Notes under the pieces: model-generated
Told to the model about the DNA's origin: nothing
What the model saw: only the letters and a program-made list of their open reading frames with translations
Database searches by the model: none
In this document: in pieces, positions 24,143-39,295 of the stretch
Numbering within the stretch: position 1 is the stretch's first letter
How the letters are laid out: each line of letters begins with the position of its first letter
Program-made: the position numbers and the translations under genes
NCBI GenBank assembly: GCA_964057225.1
Contig: OZ059894.1
Coordinates: forward strand, 17,608,001-17,672,000
DNA: 64,000 bases
Direction of reading: 5' to 3'
DNA from: Auanema rhodensis
Lineage: Eukaryota; Animalia; Nematoda

Positions 24143-27100
24143 ATTAGATGTTTTAACTTTCCACTGAGCCGTATAATCATCAAATTTCAAAAAAAAAATT
24201 TTTTTTTCACATATTAATATATAAATTCAATATACATATACATATATATCTATAAAAAATATCTTTTTAGCTGTATGCGACGATTTTTTTTTCCTAAAAC
24301 ACCGCAAAACTTCAAAAATATTTAATTTACATTTAAATTTTTTGTGACATTATTATCTTTAATATATAATAATAATACTAATAATAATCTTATATATACA
24401 TATATTTTGTTTTTTGAAATGTCTGTATATTCTCGAAAAACCCGATGACAATCGATTATTTCCTTCTTAGTTCTTTGAATTTCCCTGTGAGCTTGTGTTT
24501 GTATTTTCTTCGAAAATTGTGCTTTCGGGTTTTGCACCCAAAATCTATGTTTATAAGCTCAACAGAATTGTGTATTCTATTCTTTTAAAAGAAAAATATG
24601 TAAATAAATATTTGTTTTTTTAATTTTATTTTATAATATTGATTGATTTTATAACAAATTATTTAATTTAATGAATTCAGTGAAATAACAATGACTCATG
24701 TGATATAACCCTTCTTCAAGTTTACAGATTTAGTTTAACATTTTGAGGAAAAAATTCAAAAAAATGATATTTGCTAAGAACATTTGAACATTTAATTTCT
24801 TATTTTAATGACTCACAGTTGCATCAATTATTTTAACAAACGAAATGAGTAACATCATTAACAAGAAGATATAAAGATTTTTCAATCAACATCTCAATAT
24901 ATATATTTTTTAATTTTCTTATATTATGTGAAATATAAAAAATTAGCATAATTATCATATTATTACGTGAAAAAAATTGACGTTAATGAGAAACATTAGT
25001 GATGATCATTTAATTGATATACTTGCTTTCTCTGAGAACGGTTGTGTTCTTCTGTCCTTAAACCACTTGCCATCCCTTCTTCTTCATCTTTGCTTCTCTT
25101 CTATCTCTCAATATTCTTATATATTCATTTCAATCTTTATAAAAATGTTTTTCTCTCATTTCTCTTTATAAATCTTAATCAATCACTATAACACAAAATT
25201 AGAAAATAAGGGAAATATATGCCATTTGTTACATATAGTTAACGTTTAGAAAACATTTATATCTTTATTCATATACATATCTATTTATCTATTCAATATT
25301 CATACTATTTTCATTAAATATCTTCCTTTACTGTTTCTTTCTCTTATTTCTTCGATCATTTGAACAATTTGAGTAAACAACAGGCAAAATAGATAGAAGA
25401 TACACATACGATGAGCACTTATTCTCAATGTTCTTGCTACCAGCCGAATATGATTTATGGTCAACCTGTCAATTCAAACTATTCCTAATCAAGTATAGAA
25501 TGCTTTGAAAGTATTATTTTGCTTTTTTTTCTGTAAATATGATATATATATATATATCATATAATAGATTATATGTATATGAGGTTAACATATATTTGGC
25601 AAGTTAAAGCATGTTCATTCAATCTCATTCTGCAGCTTCTTCGTCCATCTTTCGATCTCACTCTCGTCTAAGCTTATCTTCATTCTACCATATTTCTCTT
25701 ACACTTTCTACTCTCTTATTTCAATATAGTGTTCAGGCTTCTTCTCTTTATGTATATTTCTCTTATGATTTCTTCGATCTTTCATGCAGATTGTATTGAA
25801 TGTTAAAAAGCCATGTCGTATGGGACAGTCCCCTGAGATTTCATGCTTTCATGTCATGCTGGAAAAGGAAGCATTACGAAGAAACTAGGAATTGTTGCAA
25901 AAACAAAGTTCATCTATAGTTTTTCATAGTTTAATTTTAAGTGCAGTTACACGTGTTTATTGAATACGAAAATTCTTTTTCTTTAAAAACGAAAACAATT
26001 ATTGAAAATATCTTATGATTTTCTCGTTGATTAGAAGTATTAAAAATTATTTTTTTAAAGTTAGATATGTCTATATATAACTAATTTTGAAATAATTATG
26101 TTTTAAATCAAATAAAGAAACATAATACTTTCATTTTTTATATTTTGTTTTTCTTGGAATATTTATTTCAAAATAGATTAGTTTTTCTGGATTTTAAGTT
26201 TTGTAATATTTCATTTCAAATTTTATATAATTAATAATAAAATATTTTATAAAAAAATTTTAAAAATAAAATAATTATTTAATTTTTGTATAAAGCTTCT
26301 ATATTAGAAAATATTTTCTTTTTAATATGAATTTTAACCTATTTCTGTTCAAAATTACAAAAAGTTTTTACACTTTTCCAGTATCTTTTGCAAACCTTCA
26401 AGAACATTTTTAAAAAGCTCTTCTATATAGAATCATTTTAAATTTTTTATTTTTATTTATATATAATATCATATATTACTAAAAATAAATAAATTATAAT
26501 ATATATATTAGAACTTGAAATTAATTTTTTTATTTATTTTGAATAAAAATTTTTTAAAAATATGAGATCATTGAAATCTGTAGATAATTGATAATCTATT
26601 CTTATAAAAGGAGAAGCTGCACTTCTATTCAAGTATTTCCTTGTGTGAAAACCCTTTAAGGCTTTCTCATTCTTGTAAGACATCTGAGTCCCTTAGGGCT
26701 CATCCACATGCAATTTCTTCGTCAGCTTCTCCTAGAGACAATGCACATATATTATAGTTTCAGATCTTATGAAGAAAAATCCTTTTGAATGATATGTATA
26801 TTTGCATATAATTTATATTTAATTATATTAATATAATTAATACAAATATTCTTTCAATATTTCATATATATGTATGTATTTCTATAAATTTTAGTATATA
26901 AATTTTCTTTTTTTAATAAATTTATTTGTAAATTTATAATTTGAAACCATTATTTGAATAATTTTCTATTCTACATCTAATTAAAATTAAAAATTTCTCA
27001 TATTTTTATTATTATTATTAGTTAACTTATTGTAATCTTTGAAATAAAAAGTATAGCAAGCTTCTAATTGATTTTGATTTTCCAAATCATTTAGAAAATT

Positions 27101-28026
27101 TATGTTTGAACTTTATTTCCAACATCAACAAGTACATTCAATGAATCAGTGCATGCTTCTTCCTCTATTTTTTTTTTGAAAATAAAGATGAACATGCAGA
27201 AGAAGCATCGTGTGTGCTTTGAACTCAAATTTTTTTTTTGGCGCATTGAACTCAAAAGTTCATCTTCTCAATCTATATAGTTCTGTTACTTTCGGACACT
27301 CATCCATTCTTCTTCTTTAGTCTTACACATCAAAAATAAGAAAACGATGCTTTAAGTCATACGAGACACCTGAGTTCCAACTGACCTGACCTGGCCTTCT
27401 CTTCCTTCTATCCCTTTAAGTTTGCTAGCTCGATTTCGGCAATTCCTTCGAAGAACAACACCAACTGTTCAATCAGATATGAAGAAAAAGTTTCAGAATT
27501 CCAATAAATTGACAATTTTTTGAAAAAATTAATAGAAACAATAAAAGATTTTTATATTAACTATATGTATAGATTAACTTTTTATTATTCATATTTTTGA
27601 AAATATTTTAACATACAGCAAATGATCATGTTTAGAAATTCGTATGAAGCTGAAAATTTATATTTTTTTTCTTTTTCGTCTTGTTTAAAATAAATATTTG
27701 TACATAAATCATAGTATATACTAATATATAGTTTATTCTTTCAAATATTATAATAAATGAAATGTTTTCTCAATCAATATTCTTATATTAAAAATTATTT
27801 TTTTTATTTCTTTCATTTTATTCTTAATTTTATTTTTATAGCTGAGAAATTATCTCACCGTCAGGAAGAAACAATAGTTTGTCAAAATCCTGACGGTTTT
27901 CAATCTGACTCATAAGATATCAGTAATCAATAACAACAACATCAACAACAACAGTCAACAAACAACATCATTCCCTCAAAAACAGTTTTAGGAACACGAG
28001 AGATTTTTGAATAATAGAACAACAAC

Positions 28027-28059
28027 ATGGAAAATCCTTTGATTGGAATTCCCTCTGAG
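28027..28059 (+). CDS. Candidate short coding first exon (MENPLIGIPSE); either a distal unc-70 start or exon 1 of a microprotein
   Basis: TTTATAG acceptor at ~27841, an A/C-rich leader, ACAACATGG start context and a GAG|GTAAAT phase-0 donor. It is in frame with both the 29243 and 39287 acceptors. Confidence 0.45.
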
Positions 28060-31000
28060 GTAAATTCACTTTACTTTTTACTTTTTGTTTCTCCACTCAT
28101 ACTGATCTATGTAGATGACCTTCTGATATTCGTGTGCCGACTGTCCGGTCGGCATCCTCATATCCTTAGTGGTCTGTATTATGTCCTATGAGAGCCTACA
28201 GATTTTTTTTGGAAACGAAAGTAAAAGGATCTTCTTCTCATATATATACTCATTTTTGAAATATCTATGTAGAGGTCATTAGAGAGAGAGAGAGAAAGAG
28301 GGAAAAAGACAAAGAGAGTAAGAGAGAAAGAGAGTACGAGAGAAAAATAATTTTGTGAATGGGGTGTGAGACTTAATCTTTAACTATTCATCTCAATTGA
28401 ATACTGTCTAATATTGTCATATACATCGTTGAATCACAACTGTTTCTCTCTTGCTCTCTTTCTCTTCCATCCTCCTCTCTCTATCTATATCTCTTCCTTT
28501 TATGCTCACTCACTCTTATCCCTTCAATCCGTCTTCCTCTTATCCTCTCTCTTCATTCAATCTCCTCGTTCGAGCTCGTTTCCCGCTTTATGCCTATCTT
28601 CTGATACCGCTATCCGGGCATTCTGTCCATTCCGGCTTTCTTTACATCCGCTAATCTCTCTTACCCTCATACTGGCTCAACCTCCCCGATCTCTCTCTCT
28701 CTATATCTCTCTTTCTCTCTCGCTCTCTTTTTTTCCTCTCTCTGTCTATGAATCAATCTAGCAACCCATATATTCCACTGGGCTTCATCAATCTATGCAT
28801 CTCTGCATGACTCATGTGTCGATATTCGGAAATGAATCCAAAAAAATTTAATCTACTGAAGCTCTTCATGAAATAAATTCTTTTCTTATCCTATTTACCA
28901 GTCCCTCCATCCTCACTCAATGTTGTCATGAAAAAGGTTCTTCATGTTACTAAACTATTTTTACTTATATTTCTATTTATTCAAACATTAGTTCGCTCTG
29001 TCCAAACATCACACATTTCAACTTTTCTTTCATTTTCTCATGCTCAACCCTATTTTCAATTACTCAACGGATTTAAAACGCTGTAGTCGTTTCAATTTTC
29101 CGTGTATGTTCATGAACTAGCATACGCCTCCTATCTATAACTGAATTACAAATTATTTTTTTGTTGAATTTGTTTTGATTTCGTACCATTACATGCTTTT
29201 CTCACTTTCCCCTAATATTTTGATCTTCAACCTGCTTTACAGCAGGAAGAGGTTGAAGAGAAAATCGAAATATCTCCAGAAATTCTGAGAAGCAAAAACC
29301 ATTCGCTTCGTGCATCCGTCTGTATACTTGACTTTGTTTGCGAGTTTTGTGCCGAAATCGCACTGACTGAGCCGGTTTCCCAACGACAACGACGGCAACG
29401 ACCAGGACGTCGACAACAGAAATAGTGATTGCCGTGGTTGTCAACCACGTCGTCACTTCGCATTCTCCTCCTTCTAATATCGAAAATTGCTTTTAACACA
29501 CTTCAACTAAACACATTGTCCATCATCAAGCACTAACATTGAAAGGAAAAAAAACTGATGAATGTACTAAACTTTCATTTCATTCCTTCTTTGTTCTTCC
29601 AAAATTCAAATCTAACAAACACTTGCTCTTCCTTTCTATTTCCTTCCGTACAATCGTCATCATTGCTAGATCGTCTGATGACTTCTAATCGTCAGTTTGA
29701 AATTCTTTTAGTCGTCTCACTCATTTTAGCTGCTTTATGTATTTCCTTCGTGGGTTTTCTATTCCTCATCCTCTGCTTCTTCTATTTCCCTTAATTCAGT
29801 CTACTTTGGTCTCAGTTTCCTTTTCCTTTCTTTCGACAATGCAATCGGTTAAAACAACATACATATATCTTTTTTTCAAAAAAATATATATTTTTTATAT
29901 AAAAATAGTAAATGTTTTCATATAATTATAATAATTAAGAAATATAATCATTCTAAATCCTCATAAAGTTATTTCATATACATAGTATATGATATGTATT
30001 TACGTATCAATCACTAACTTACCATTTGTCTTAATTCCTAAATTTTTATAATTTTTTCTTTATCAAACTTATATATTTTTAAATTCTACTTAAGCATATT
30101 CAATTCATTTATAGCTTATGTTTGTAAATCATAACATATACATCATATAACTAACTATAACTAACTATATGTATATATTATTATAAATACAATTTTATCT
30201 TTCTTTTATAACTTTTTTTTCCAAATTTTGATTTCTATTTAAAACATTAAAAATCTAGTTTTTAGTATATATATACTACATACTATATGTATATTATATA
30301 CGTATAATTTATATTATTTGGGATTTTTCAAACGTAAATTACTGTCAAATTCAATTAGATTCTGTTCAATTCATTCGCTTTCAATTTGAAATTGGATTCA
30401 AAAATTATTTTTTTTCACTATTATTGATTATCAGTTATTTTACTGTAATTCTTTTGTATATAATGCTTAATTTGCATAATTTTACGTGAAACACGTGAAT
30501 GTTTATTAAATCTTTCGTTTACATTCTTGAGAATAGTTATCATATTGAAGTACTTGTATAGCTTCTCGCAAAGTTGCAGAAATCTGTAGCTTTTTCCCAT
30601 AGATGAAATAGCCAAATGAGATAGTTAGAACAAGTAAGAGACATTGAGAAAAGAACGAAGCTTTTACCATATTTGATTACTACCCATCTAAGCTATCCCT
30701 TCGTCGTTGAGTAAATTAACTTCTCTATGACTATTTAGCTAAACCTATTTCCAAACCATCTTACTTATTATCATCTTTTACTCTTTCACTATCTTTTTGC
30801 CCAACTTGTTTTTAGTCATTTTTACTTTGTTTTCAATAAATTAACTGTTTTAGGAAACAGTTAGAAACCTACTTTTTTGAAACTTTTTACCCACATTTAA
30901 AGTTTTACATGTTCTTTCTTGTTACATCTTCATTACTTTGAAATGGAGAACTCTGACGGATAGACAAACTTCTCAACTTCACAGTCATTTTCATCGTTTT

Positions 31001-31496
31001 GTCTCTCCTATTCAGACTCATCTCTCATCTCAGGCTTCCTGCGGTAGGAAAACGTGCCAAGGTCGTAAAAATCGAAACGTTTTCCTTCAAACTAACGTCG
31101 TTATCGAACAAGTAGCCCCAGACATTTGTCATTTTCGTCAACCAAAAAGTTGTCATCAATGTTAATTTCCATATTCTAGCTTTTCCTATTGCCATAGTCA
31201 AATTTTCATTTATTATACTTTATTTTTTGCAATTTTTGAACATATTTATCTTAATATCATATAATGTTCTTTACTTAATCTATAATATTTAAAGTTGTAT
31301 AGTTAAAAATTCAAAATTTATATTCAATTTATTCGTTTTATTATCATAAATGATCTTTATGAAATGAAGTCATGCCATTCATTAGTCATCTAACAACGTT
31401 CTTCTGCTTTGCATCATCTTATTTGGAACACAAATTTATTTTCTACAAATATAATTTTGTTTTTGAAATTTTAGATTATATGTATATATACTCTTA

Positions 31497-31530
<34 letters not shown>

Positions 31531-32467
31531 TTATATTCTTATTTATATTTTATATATTCTTATTTAACTATATCATTAGTTATAATATTCATATTCTTAA
31601 TTTATATCTTATTTTTTCTTCTTATTATTAATACTGCTGAGAGATTCATGTAATAGTTTAAACACCCTTAAATGGAACCAGCAGTACAATGTCATCCCAA
31701 TGGCACCAATGATGTCGTCGTCGTCGACGTCTATTTATTGATTGCGACCTCTATGTCCGGCCAGAAGATGACGCGCCTCGTTTATTATTGCCGATGGTTG
31801 GTATAGGATTGGCTTGGGCTCTACTCCTCTTCTTTCTCTCTTTTTTACTTCCACTTTCGTTTCCGTTTTCTTTTCTCTCTATCCTCCTGTATGACATTCT
31901 TTCATATGGATATACTTTGTTCAGTTTCACTTACTGCTCCCTTTCTTCCTTCAGCTTTTCATTATTTTTTTGGAATTGTTAATTATTTTCTTTTCATTGT
32001 AAAGTCATTTTTCTTTATTTTATTCATTTTTATAATCTTTTACTATTTCTATATTTTATGAAAAGAAATATATACATACATATACTATATATAAGGTCAT
32101 TTCTCTAAAATCTTTTAAAAATTAATTATTTTTAAAGTTTTTATTAAGTTTATTAGAATCAAAATTTTAAATTAAACAACATATGTAGTTGTATGTATGT
32201 ATGTATATACTATACTTTTTTATTATTGCATTTCATAGTTATCCTCATAGGTGAGTTATTTTAGTTTTTTTTCCTGTTTTCCTCTTTAACCAAATATATT
32301 TATTTCTGGAAGTATTAATATTACTATATATATTGAGTATATCTCTATTTCATTATTGATTTAATTGATTTTTATTTGTTTCGTATGACAACTGAAACTC
32401 TTTTTTTCTTGTTAATATGGGAACAGTTAATTTTCAATGCATTGATATTGGCATTTCTCTCTTTCTT

Positions 32468-32506
<39 letters not shown>

Positions 32507-35500
32507 GTCTCTTCTGACTCAATTCTAGCGTTGGACACCTATCTATACTTCTCATGTACACACACACACATATAGGTCTCCATGTCAGTTTTCTATATTT
32601 AAATTTCTTTCGATACCTTCAACATGAATTGATTTTCTATTCTATTGGTTATTCCGTTCAAAAATGTTTTTTTTTCTCAACTGATTGACCTTTCTTTTCA
32701 ATTCTCATTGTTCTATTGCTCTCGTCTGACATCAGTTTGAAACATTTGGTCTGAAAGCGATGTAAGCCATCTGTTTTATATGACTATAATAGACCTACGA
32801 TGTTTAAATTTTATAAATACATATAGTAATGTATAACATATTGTTATGTGTAATTTCTTTTTTTTTTGAATTTTTGCAATTTTGCCGACCTTTTTCTGTC
32901 CATTCTCAATATTGAGAGGTTTCATACGCCTTGTTGCCCATGCATGGTCCTTTCTTTTGTATTTTCAGCGTAAATGTCTAGATTCCAGTTCTGAGCTGAG
33001 TTTTCTATCGAGTTTCTTTCGTTTTAATTTTTTTAAACCTTTGACTGTGTCATCATTTCCTTTCGAGAAAGTCCTCTATCTTTTTTGCGTGATCTTCTTG
33101 TATGGGACCATAGGCCAAGCGCGGACTTCTTTACTTTTATCCAAAATTTCTGGTCTTTTAGCTGTCCAGCTGTGTGAGGAGATAGCCAAAATAATAGGAA
33201 AACGACATAGATTATATGGTGAGAATAGAAGAGAGGGAGGTAAATTGTGAAGGCATATATAACAGTTATAAAGTATGAAAAGAAGAGAGAGAGAGAGAGA
33301 GAGAGAAAAAGAGAGAGAGTATGAAAGTAACAGAGAAGAAAGAGAAAACCTTGGATTACTCATTGTCAACATGACTCAACTGTTTCCTCTTCGCCTTGTA
33401 CACGTATAAAGTGTGTGTAGGTCCTAACAATCTTTTTTTTATATGTATATCTTCCATATTTGTCTTCATCTCTTTTGTCAAATATTAATCGAATTCTGGA
33501 TTTTTTGTTGCCTTTGTATAGTCATGTATAATATTATACTAAACTATATGGCATTTGCTAGTTTTCTCTAAAACATCTTCCATCATAGCATTAACGATGA
33601 GCAACGCTCAGCCCACTCTTTCCCGTTTTCGCCGTTCGTTCTGTGTGTCAAATCGTTTCTAATGTTCTTGTAAACTGCCAGCTTAGTTTTTCCTTTCTCA
33701 TTCTCTAATTCTCTTCTCCTATTAGACTCTATATTCATTTTTTGTAAATCTCCTCCAAGTTTTTGTATCCACTTCTCCGTTATACCATCGTCTTAAAACA
33801 AAGTTGTCGAGTTGGATACTTATGTATCGGTCATATCCGTCTCCTTCATCAAACTTATTGAGAGCTACGATGGCAAGAGAGAGAGAGAGAAAACTCAGAT
33901 GATCTATGACAACGGCATCAGTTTCACTTGTCCTCATTGCATACATTATGATCTTGTTCGATTACATGTTCACTCCATTTTAAACTCACAACTTGCTGTA
34001 TTAGATTTTGTTTTATTTTCGTTGATTGCAGAGAATATTCAAATAGCCAATGTTCACACAAATTGTTTTTTCTACTTTTTTTTGCCTGAGGGTTTGTTGG
34101 TTGAAAGTGCATAAGAAAAAAATGAGTCGTATATGAGAGAAATAGTGTTGATATAATGGAGTTTATGAAGAAAAATATTGGAAATAGATGGAGGAAGGGT
34201 GGTGGACAACGAGGAGTTAAGAACCGAAGATGTATGAAAAGACTATGAATGAAAGAGAGGCAAAAGCAATAGCCTAAAGCGAAAAAAGAGGGAAAGAACG
34301 CATTCAGTCAGTGTACGAGACAGGAAAAAGGGCTGGAAGCTTTAGGGGGGAGGGGAGAGAAATCGATTTTCTGCCGCTGGCGTGCTGAATGAGAAGAGAA
34401 TGCTATAATAGAGAAGGAGCAAGGGTAGGGGGTGAGACGAGCCGTAAGACAGAGAAAGCTTGGTCTAGCTTTTTCTAGCGCTTTTCTCATCTCTCTCTAG
34501 CCTTCATTATCTCTAGTTCCCTCTCTTTGGTTATAGCAACTGAATGGCCGGCTAGTTGGCTTTGAGCTCCGGCGATCAGAGAAAGCTTGGCTTCAACAGG
34601 CTATGAGATGAAGAAAAGAAAACGAGGAAGAGGAGAATCAGATAAGCGAGAGGAAAAGAGAGTGAGTGGGTCTCGCTTGGCAAGCCGCGGCTGCTACGCT
34701 ACTGCTGTCGCTTCTTCTTCTTCTTCGGTTTCTGCTGGTAATCTGCTAGCCACTGGTCTCACATCAGCACATCAGTTGCGGAACAGACTTCTGTCCCTTA
34801 TTCCTCTATTCGTTTTCGAGATATTTCTTTTCTCTTTTTATTCCCTTCTTCTCCCTCTCTCTCTCCCTCTCTTTCTCTCTCTCTCTCATCTTTTTCTTTA
34901 ACAATTTTCTCTTTTAAATTTTTCTTTTCTTTTACTTTTTTCGTTCAGCTAATTTTCTGTTTGATGACGATATTTAACTTGCGTTATCATTTTGTTTTAT
35001 TGTATACAGAATTTCTATTCAATCTCTTTGCTTTTTATCTTTTCTTCCATTTTCTCATTTGCCGACTGATCAGGTTGTTGGTTTCTCTGTGCCTCTTTCC
35101 AACTTTGCTCGCTCATCTTCTTCTGTTACTTCGTTGTATTACATGCTTTATTGATTCTTCCATATTATGGTTTTGAAGGTTGTTTTTGATAGCCAAATGA
35201 TTGAATATGAAACTATTACCAGCAGCTTAAGCAATCCATACACATGTCCTACTAACTAGGATTATTGGCCCAGACGACATTACTAACGGTCTGTGTGTCA
35301 GTGACTCTGCTGCCATCTGGCTGCTGATGGTCCTGATGTATAGGCCTGACAACATCCTTCTCTCCGTCCTCTATTTTCTGCATCTCTCTCTCTCTCTCTA
35401 TTTCTTTCTCCCTCTCATCCACTTAATCTCAACATCTCTCATTATTCTATTCTTCTGTTGCTATCTCACTTGCCCTTATTTCAATCGTCCAGTAGAATGT

Positions 35501-36964
35501 CGCCTGCCCTTCGTATTTTCTCAGAAATTTGCCGGAATTACTGTCCTGTTGACTGCTATCTATTCTAATTAGACGAGCTGTCTGTCGTAATGTCGTTGTC
35601 ATACCGCGTTTTCATCATTAGCCCATGCCCGTCATCATCACCATCTTCCTTTTTGTTCAGCCAGTCACCGTCATTTTCGTTTACCTTCTAGCTGCATGTA
35701 TCTTGCCTCCGTGTGCTTGATTTCATGAACCTGCTGTTCCTGCTGTCCTTTTTCTTCTCCGTTGTTATCCGTTTAGATATTCATGTATCGTTTGACTGTT
35801 CAATCGCGTTTTTCTTCCGTAGCCGTCTTACGAGCCTAGGTCGCCTCATTCAAGCTGCTGGTCATTTAAATGATGTCGTTATATGTCATCCATGTTAACC
35901 AGCTTTCTGGATATCTCTATAAACGCAATTGACACCCCCCCCCACTGCAATCCTACGAGAGACGAGCGATATTCGAATCTACGGGAAGCATTGATTTTGC
36001 TACAAACACTTAGATTCTTCTTTTGTTTTGTTTTTTCTAAAAACTTGAAACTCAAATTTTATTGTTTGTAGCTAACATTACAGCTGACTTTTTATAATAG
36101 CTTTATAGAGAATTTGTTTTTATATGCATTTCATACTTCAAATTTCAAATCTCCTTTTATTTCTCTGAATAAATGGTCAGTTATTAAGAATTCTCCTAGG
36201 CATAATCCTACAATATTCTCAAGATTCTGATAGAATTAAGAGACAAAAATAGAGTTTTTTGGTGAAGCCTCTATATCTCTTAACTCGAAAAATGACCAAT
36301 GACCCACATAGCCTAATGCCCTTCCGAGGTTCAAGCCATAGAAGGACAGAGACCAGCTAGTCTTTTACTGCAACAACTACCAATCGTTGATGTGGATCGA
36401 TTCTTCTTGTGTGTCTTGTAGTCTCTCTCTTTTCCTCTCTCTTACCCTCCCCAATAGCAGATAGAATGGGCATAAGCTCCGTCTCTGTGTCTATCCAGCT
36501 TGCTGTTCGTTCCTTCTTCAAACACAAGCTGTATAAGGCAATATGATCAAATTGAACCATCGCTTTCATTACCTTAACGATGTAACTTCTTTCTTTTCGC
36601 TTTACTATTCTTAACCTGCTTTTTCCTTTTCCCAATAGTATTCTCGGTTCTATTTATTTCTTTCAAATTGCTTTCAAAGCCATATATGTATTTTGAAATG
36701 TTCTATTGAAGTTGTTACTCTTCTTGAAAGCTTCCTCTTCTGAACAACTGTAAAACTAGTATGTATTGAGCTTTTAATCATTTTTCAAGTGTTTTGTAAT
36801 CAAATTCACAGCTGAAATCGGGTACATAGACACTTTTTTTCATATTTTAAAGCATAGACTAAGCAATCTAGTTCTATTATTCTCTATTATATTGTATTCT
36901 ATCAACGCTTATTAGGTCTTCATCACCTCGTTTTTACACCTATCCCTTCCTTTACTTCCTCCCA

Positions 36965-36977
36965 CTCTCTCTCTATC

Positions 36978-37036
<59 letters not shown>
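36965..37036 (+). repeat. Compound (CT)n/(CTAT) microsatellite
   Basis: Directly visible. Similar CT tracts lie at ~3272-3312 and ~32460-32506; GA tracts lie at ~33283-33318 and ~41361-41428. Confidence 0.9.
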
Positions 37037-37039
<3 letters not shown>

Positions 37040-39295
37040 TTTCCCTCTCTTCGCTTATTTTTTAACGAAATTCTGCTTTAACCTACTTTACTTGATCAAT
37101 TAAATCTATTTTCTATTACAATTGAGACATCACTAGCCAACTGGCTTAACATTTTTTGGCTATAAATCGATTTACCCACTCTGCGTTCAATTGGCGTTCA
37201 CATCGACCAGAACAAATTGGTAAATCAACAATCAAAACCATTTTAGTTTTGAAAAATATAACATTGATTGTTTCTTATAATCTTTAACCCATTATATCTT
37301 TTCTTTATAACTTTTTTTTTATAAAATATATATTGAATTAGTAGCAATTTTCATTGTTTCTTCTGAAATATTTTATTTATTTTTCATATTGCCTTGATAT
37401 TTCGGTCTAAAACTATTAAACAATTGTATTGTTAGAGAATTAGAAAAAATTGATGAAAATGAATAAAGAGTACAGCCAACGGTTTCGCAAATATGACACG
37501 CATCCATAATGGACGTTTTCTAGTTGTTGGAATTATTGAAACTGTATGTAACTTTCAATATCATTCCATTCTCTCTCTCTCTTTCTCTTTCTCTATCTCT
37601 CTCTACCTATATATATATTTCTCTCTCCTTTACTATATCTCTAACATTTCTCTTATGTTTCTACTCTCTATACTCAACTGATTCATTTTCTCATAGCGTA
37701 TAGTAGCTCAACAATGTTTTGTGCCATTTATTGATTTTGTATTCAGAATCTGTAATCATTATAGCCATCCCAGAGTATATGTTGTCTGGCTACTACTATA
37801 TTCTCATTCAATCATACATATTTTTTCAATAAATATATATATTGTCTCTATAACCATGCTTGATGAGAACCCTAGGTGATTTCATGGTTGTTGTGTTGTT
37901 TGTTGACCAAGGTTCTACTGATTCTAGTGATGGTAGTTATACCTTCGCAATGACTATTCACTTCTGTTCAATCAAGGATCAGCCTATTCTTTTGTGCTCC
38001 AAACTATTCTTGTTTATGATTTTTCTTGCACTTCATTCAATCTCTCAGGATATTTGTGTTTAGAACTTCTTGTATCTGATGATCAAACAAACGAAGAACT
38101 TAGCCAGTTGACTTAGTTCTTTCACGTCCATCCGTCCTCTTGTTCTCATTTTGCTTGTGTCTTCTCACTTTTCTGCCATTCGCCTTTGCTCTGATACATG
38201 CACAATTTGTCTTGTCCAGTTAATCCGTCCATTCTCTCTGTCCTCTCTTCTATTCTCCGTACTTTGTTTCATTCATGCATTCATCACGTTTTCTCTTCTT
38301 TTTATGGTTTTCTGGGAGGGATTTTGTCAAGGCAAGAGACAATCGATTCAATGCAACCCTTCCGGCTCGCGGTCTCTTCTAGAGTTTGTGCTCGCAAAAC
38401 TCTTTGGCCATATTGGTCCTTCTTTTTTCCATTTTCATTCTTGTAGTATGTCTCCTTCTTTTCTTTTCTCTTCATCTATCTAAAAGATTTTGATGAAACT
38501 AATTATGATCTTCAGTTATGTTTAGCTAATTTCTCTAATAGTCTCATATCTAACTGGTTTTGATTGTACTTTTTTCCTTAAAACTTTATCGACTTATCCA
38601 GCTAAATAAAGCAATTTCTTTCGCATATTTTTATTATCCAAATCTTTCTTTTTCCTCTTCGACTTGAGCATTTTTCTTTTTTTTTTCTTTTTCTTTTATT
38701 TGTTTTCATTTGCTTTGTTGACAATCTGATTACTTAGGTTAATGACAAATGGCTTTTAAGATATTTTCTCTTTAACCTCTGATCGATGTAATAGAAAAAT
38801 CATCGAAATCTTTGATAATATCCAATTATTTTAAGTAATAAATACTTAATAACATTAATTTTTACATTTATTTTTAGTTCTTCTATCTGTGTCGGATTTT
38901 CTTTTCAATCTTCTACCTTTCAAACAGCCTATCTTTGCCCTTTCCTTGTTTAAGCTTCTCCATCTGCCATACTCTCTACCTTCTATTTGCTTTCGTATTT
39001 CTTGAGCGTCTCTTCTTACACGAAGGTTTCTTGTACAACTCAATGGTACTCAACGTACCAAATAGGGCAAAAGGCCTTTCGTATTGCCATTGGAGCATTT
39101 TTTTGTTTTCTCATCTAACTACACTTATTCGATTGCAACCAAACTCTGATCAATCATACACCCATTTCTCTCTACAAAGATCGCAACTCTTTCATCACTT
39201 TTTTCCTTTATCGATAGATTTTCTCATTCATTTCGTGTAATTTTCTTTTTTTTTTTCAAACTATTTTTTCATTTTTTTGATTTAAGGCGTCAGCG

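Noticed and set aside
25829-25850. CCCTGAGA, resembling the lin-4/miR-237 family seed
   Set aside because: No fold-back partner arm nearby.
34524-34546. TCTTTGGTTAT, identical to the first 11 nt of miR-9
   Set aside because: The rest diverges, and there is no complementary miR-79-like arm or hairpin downstream.
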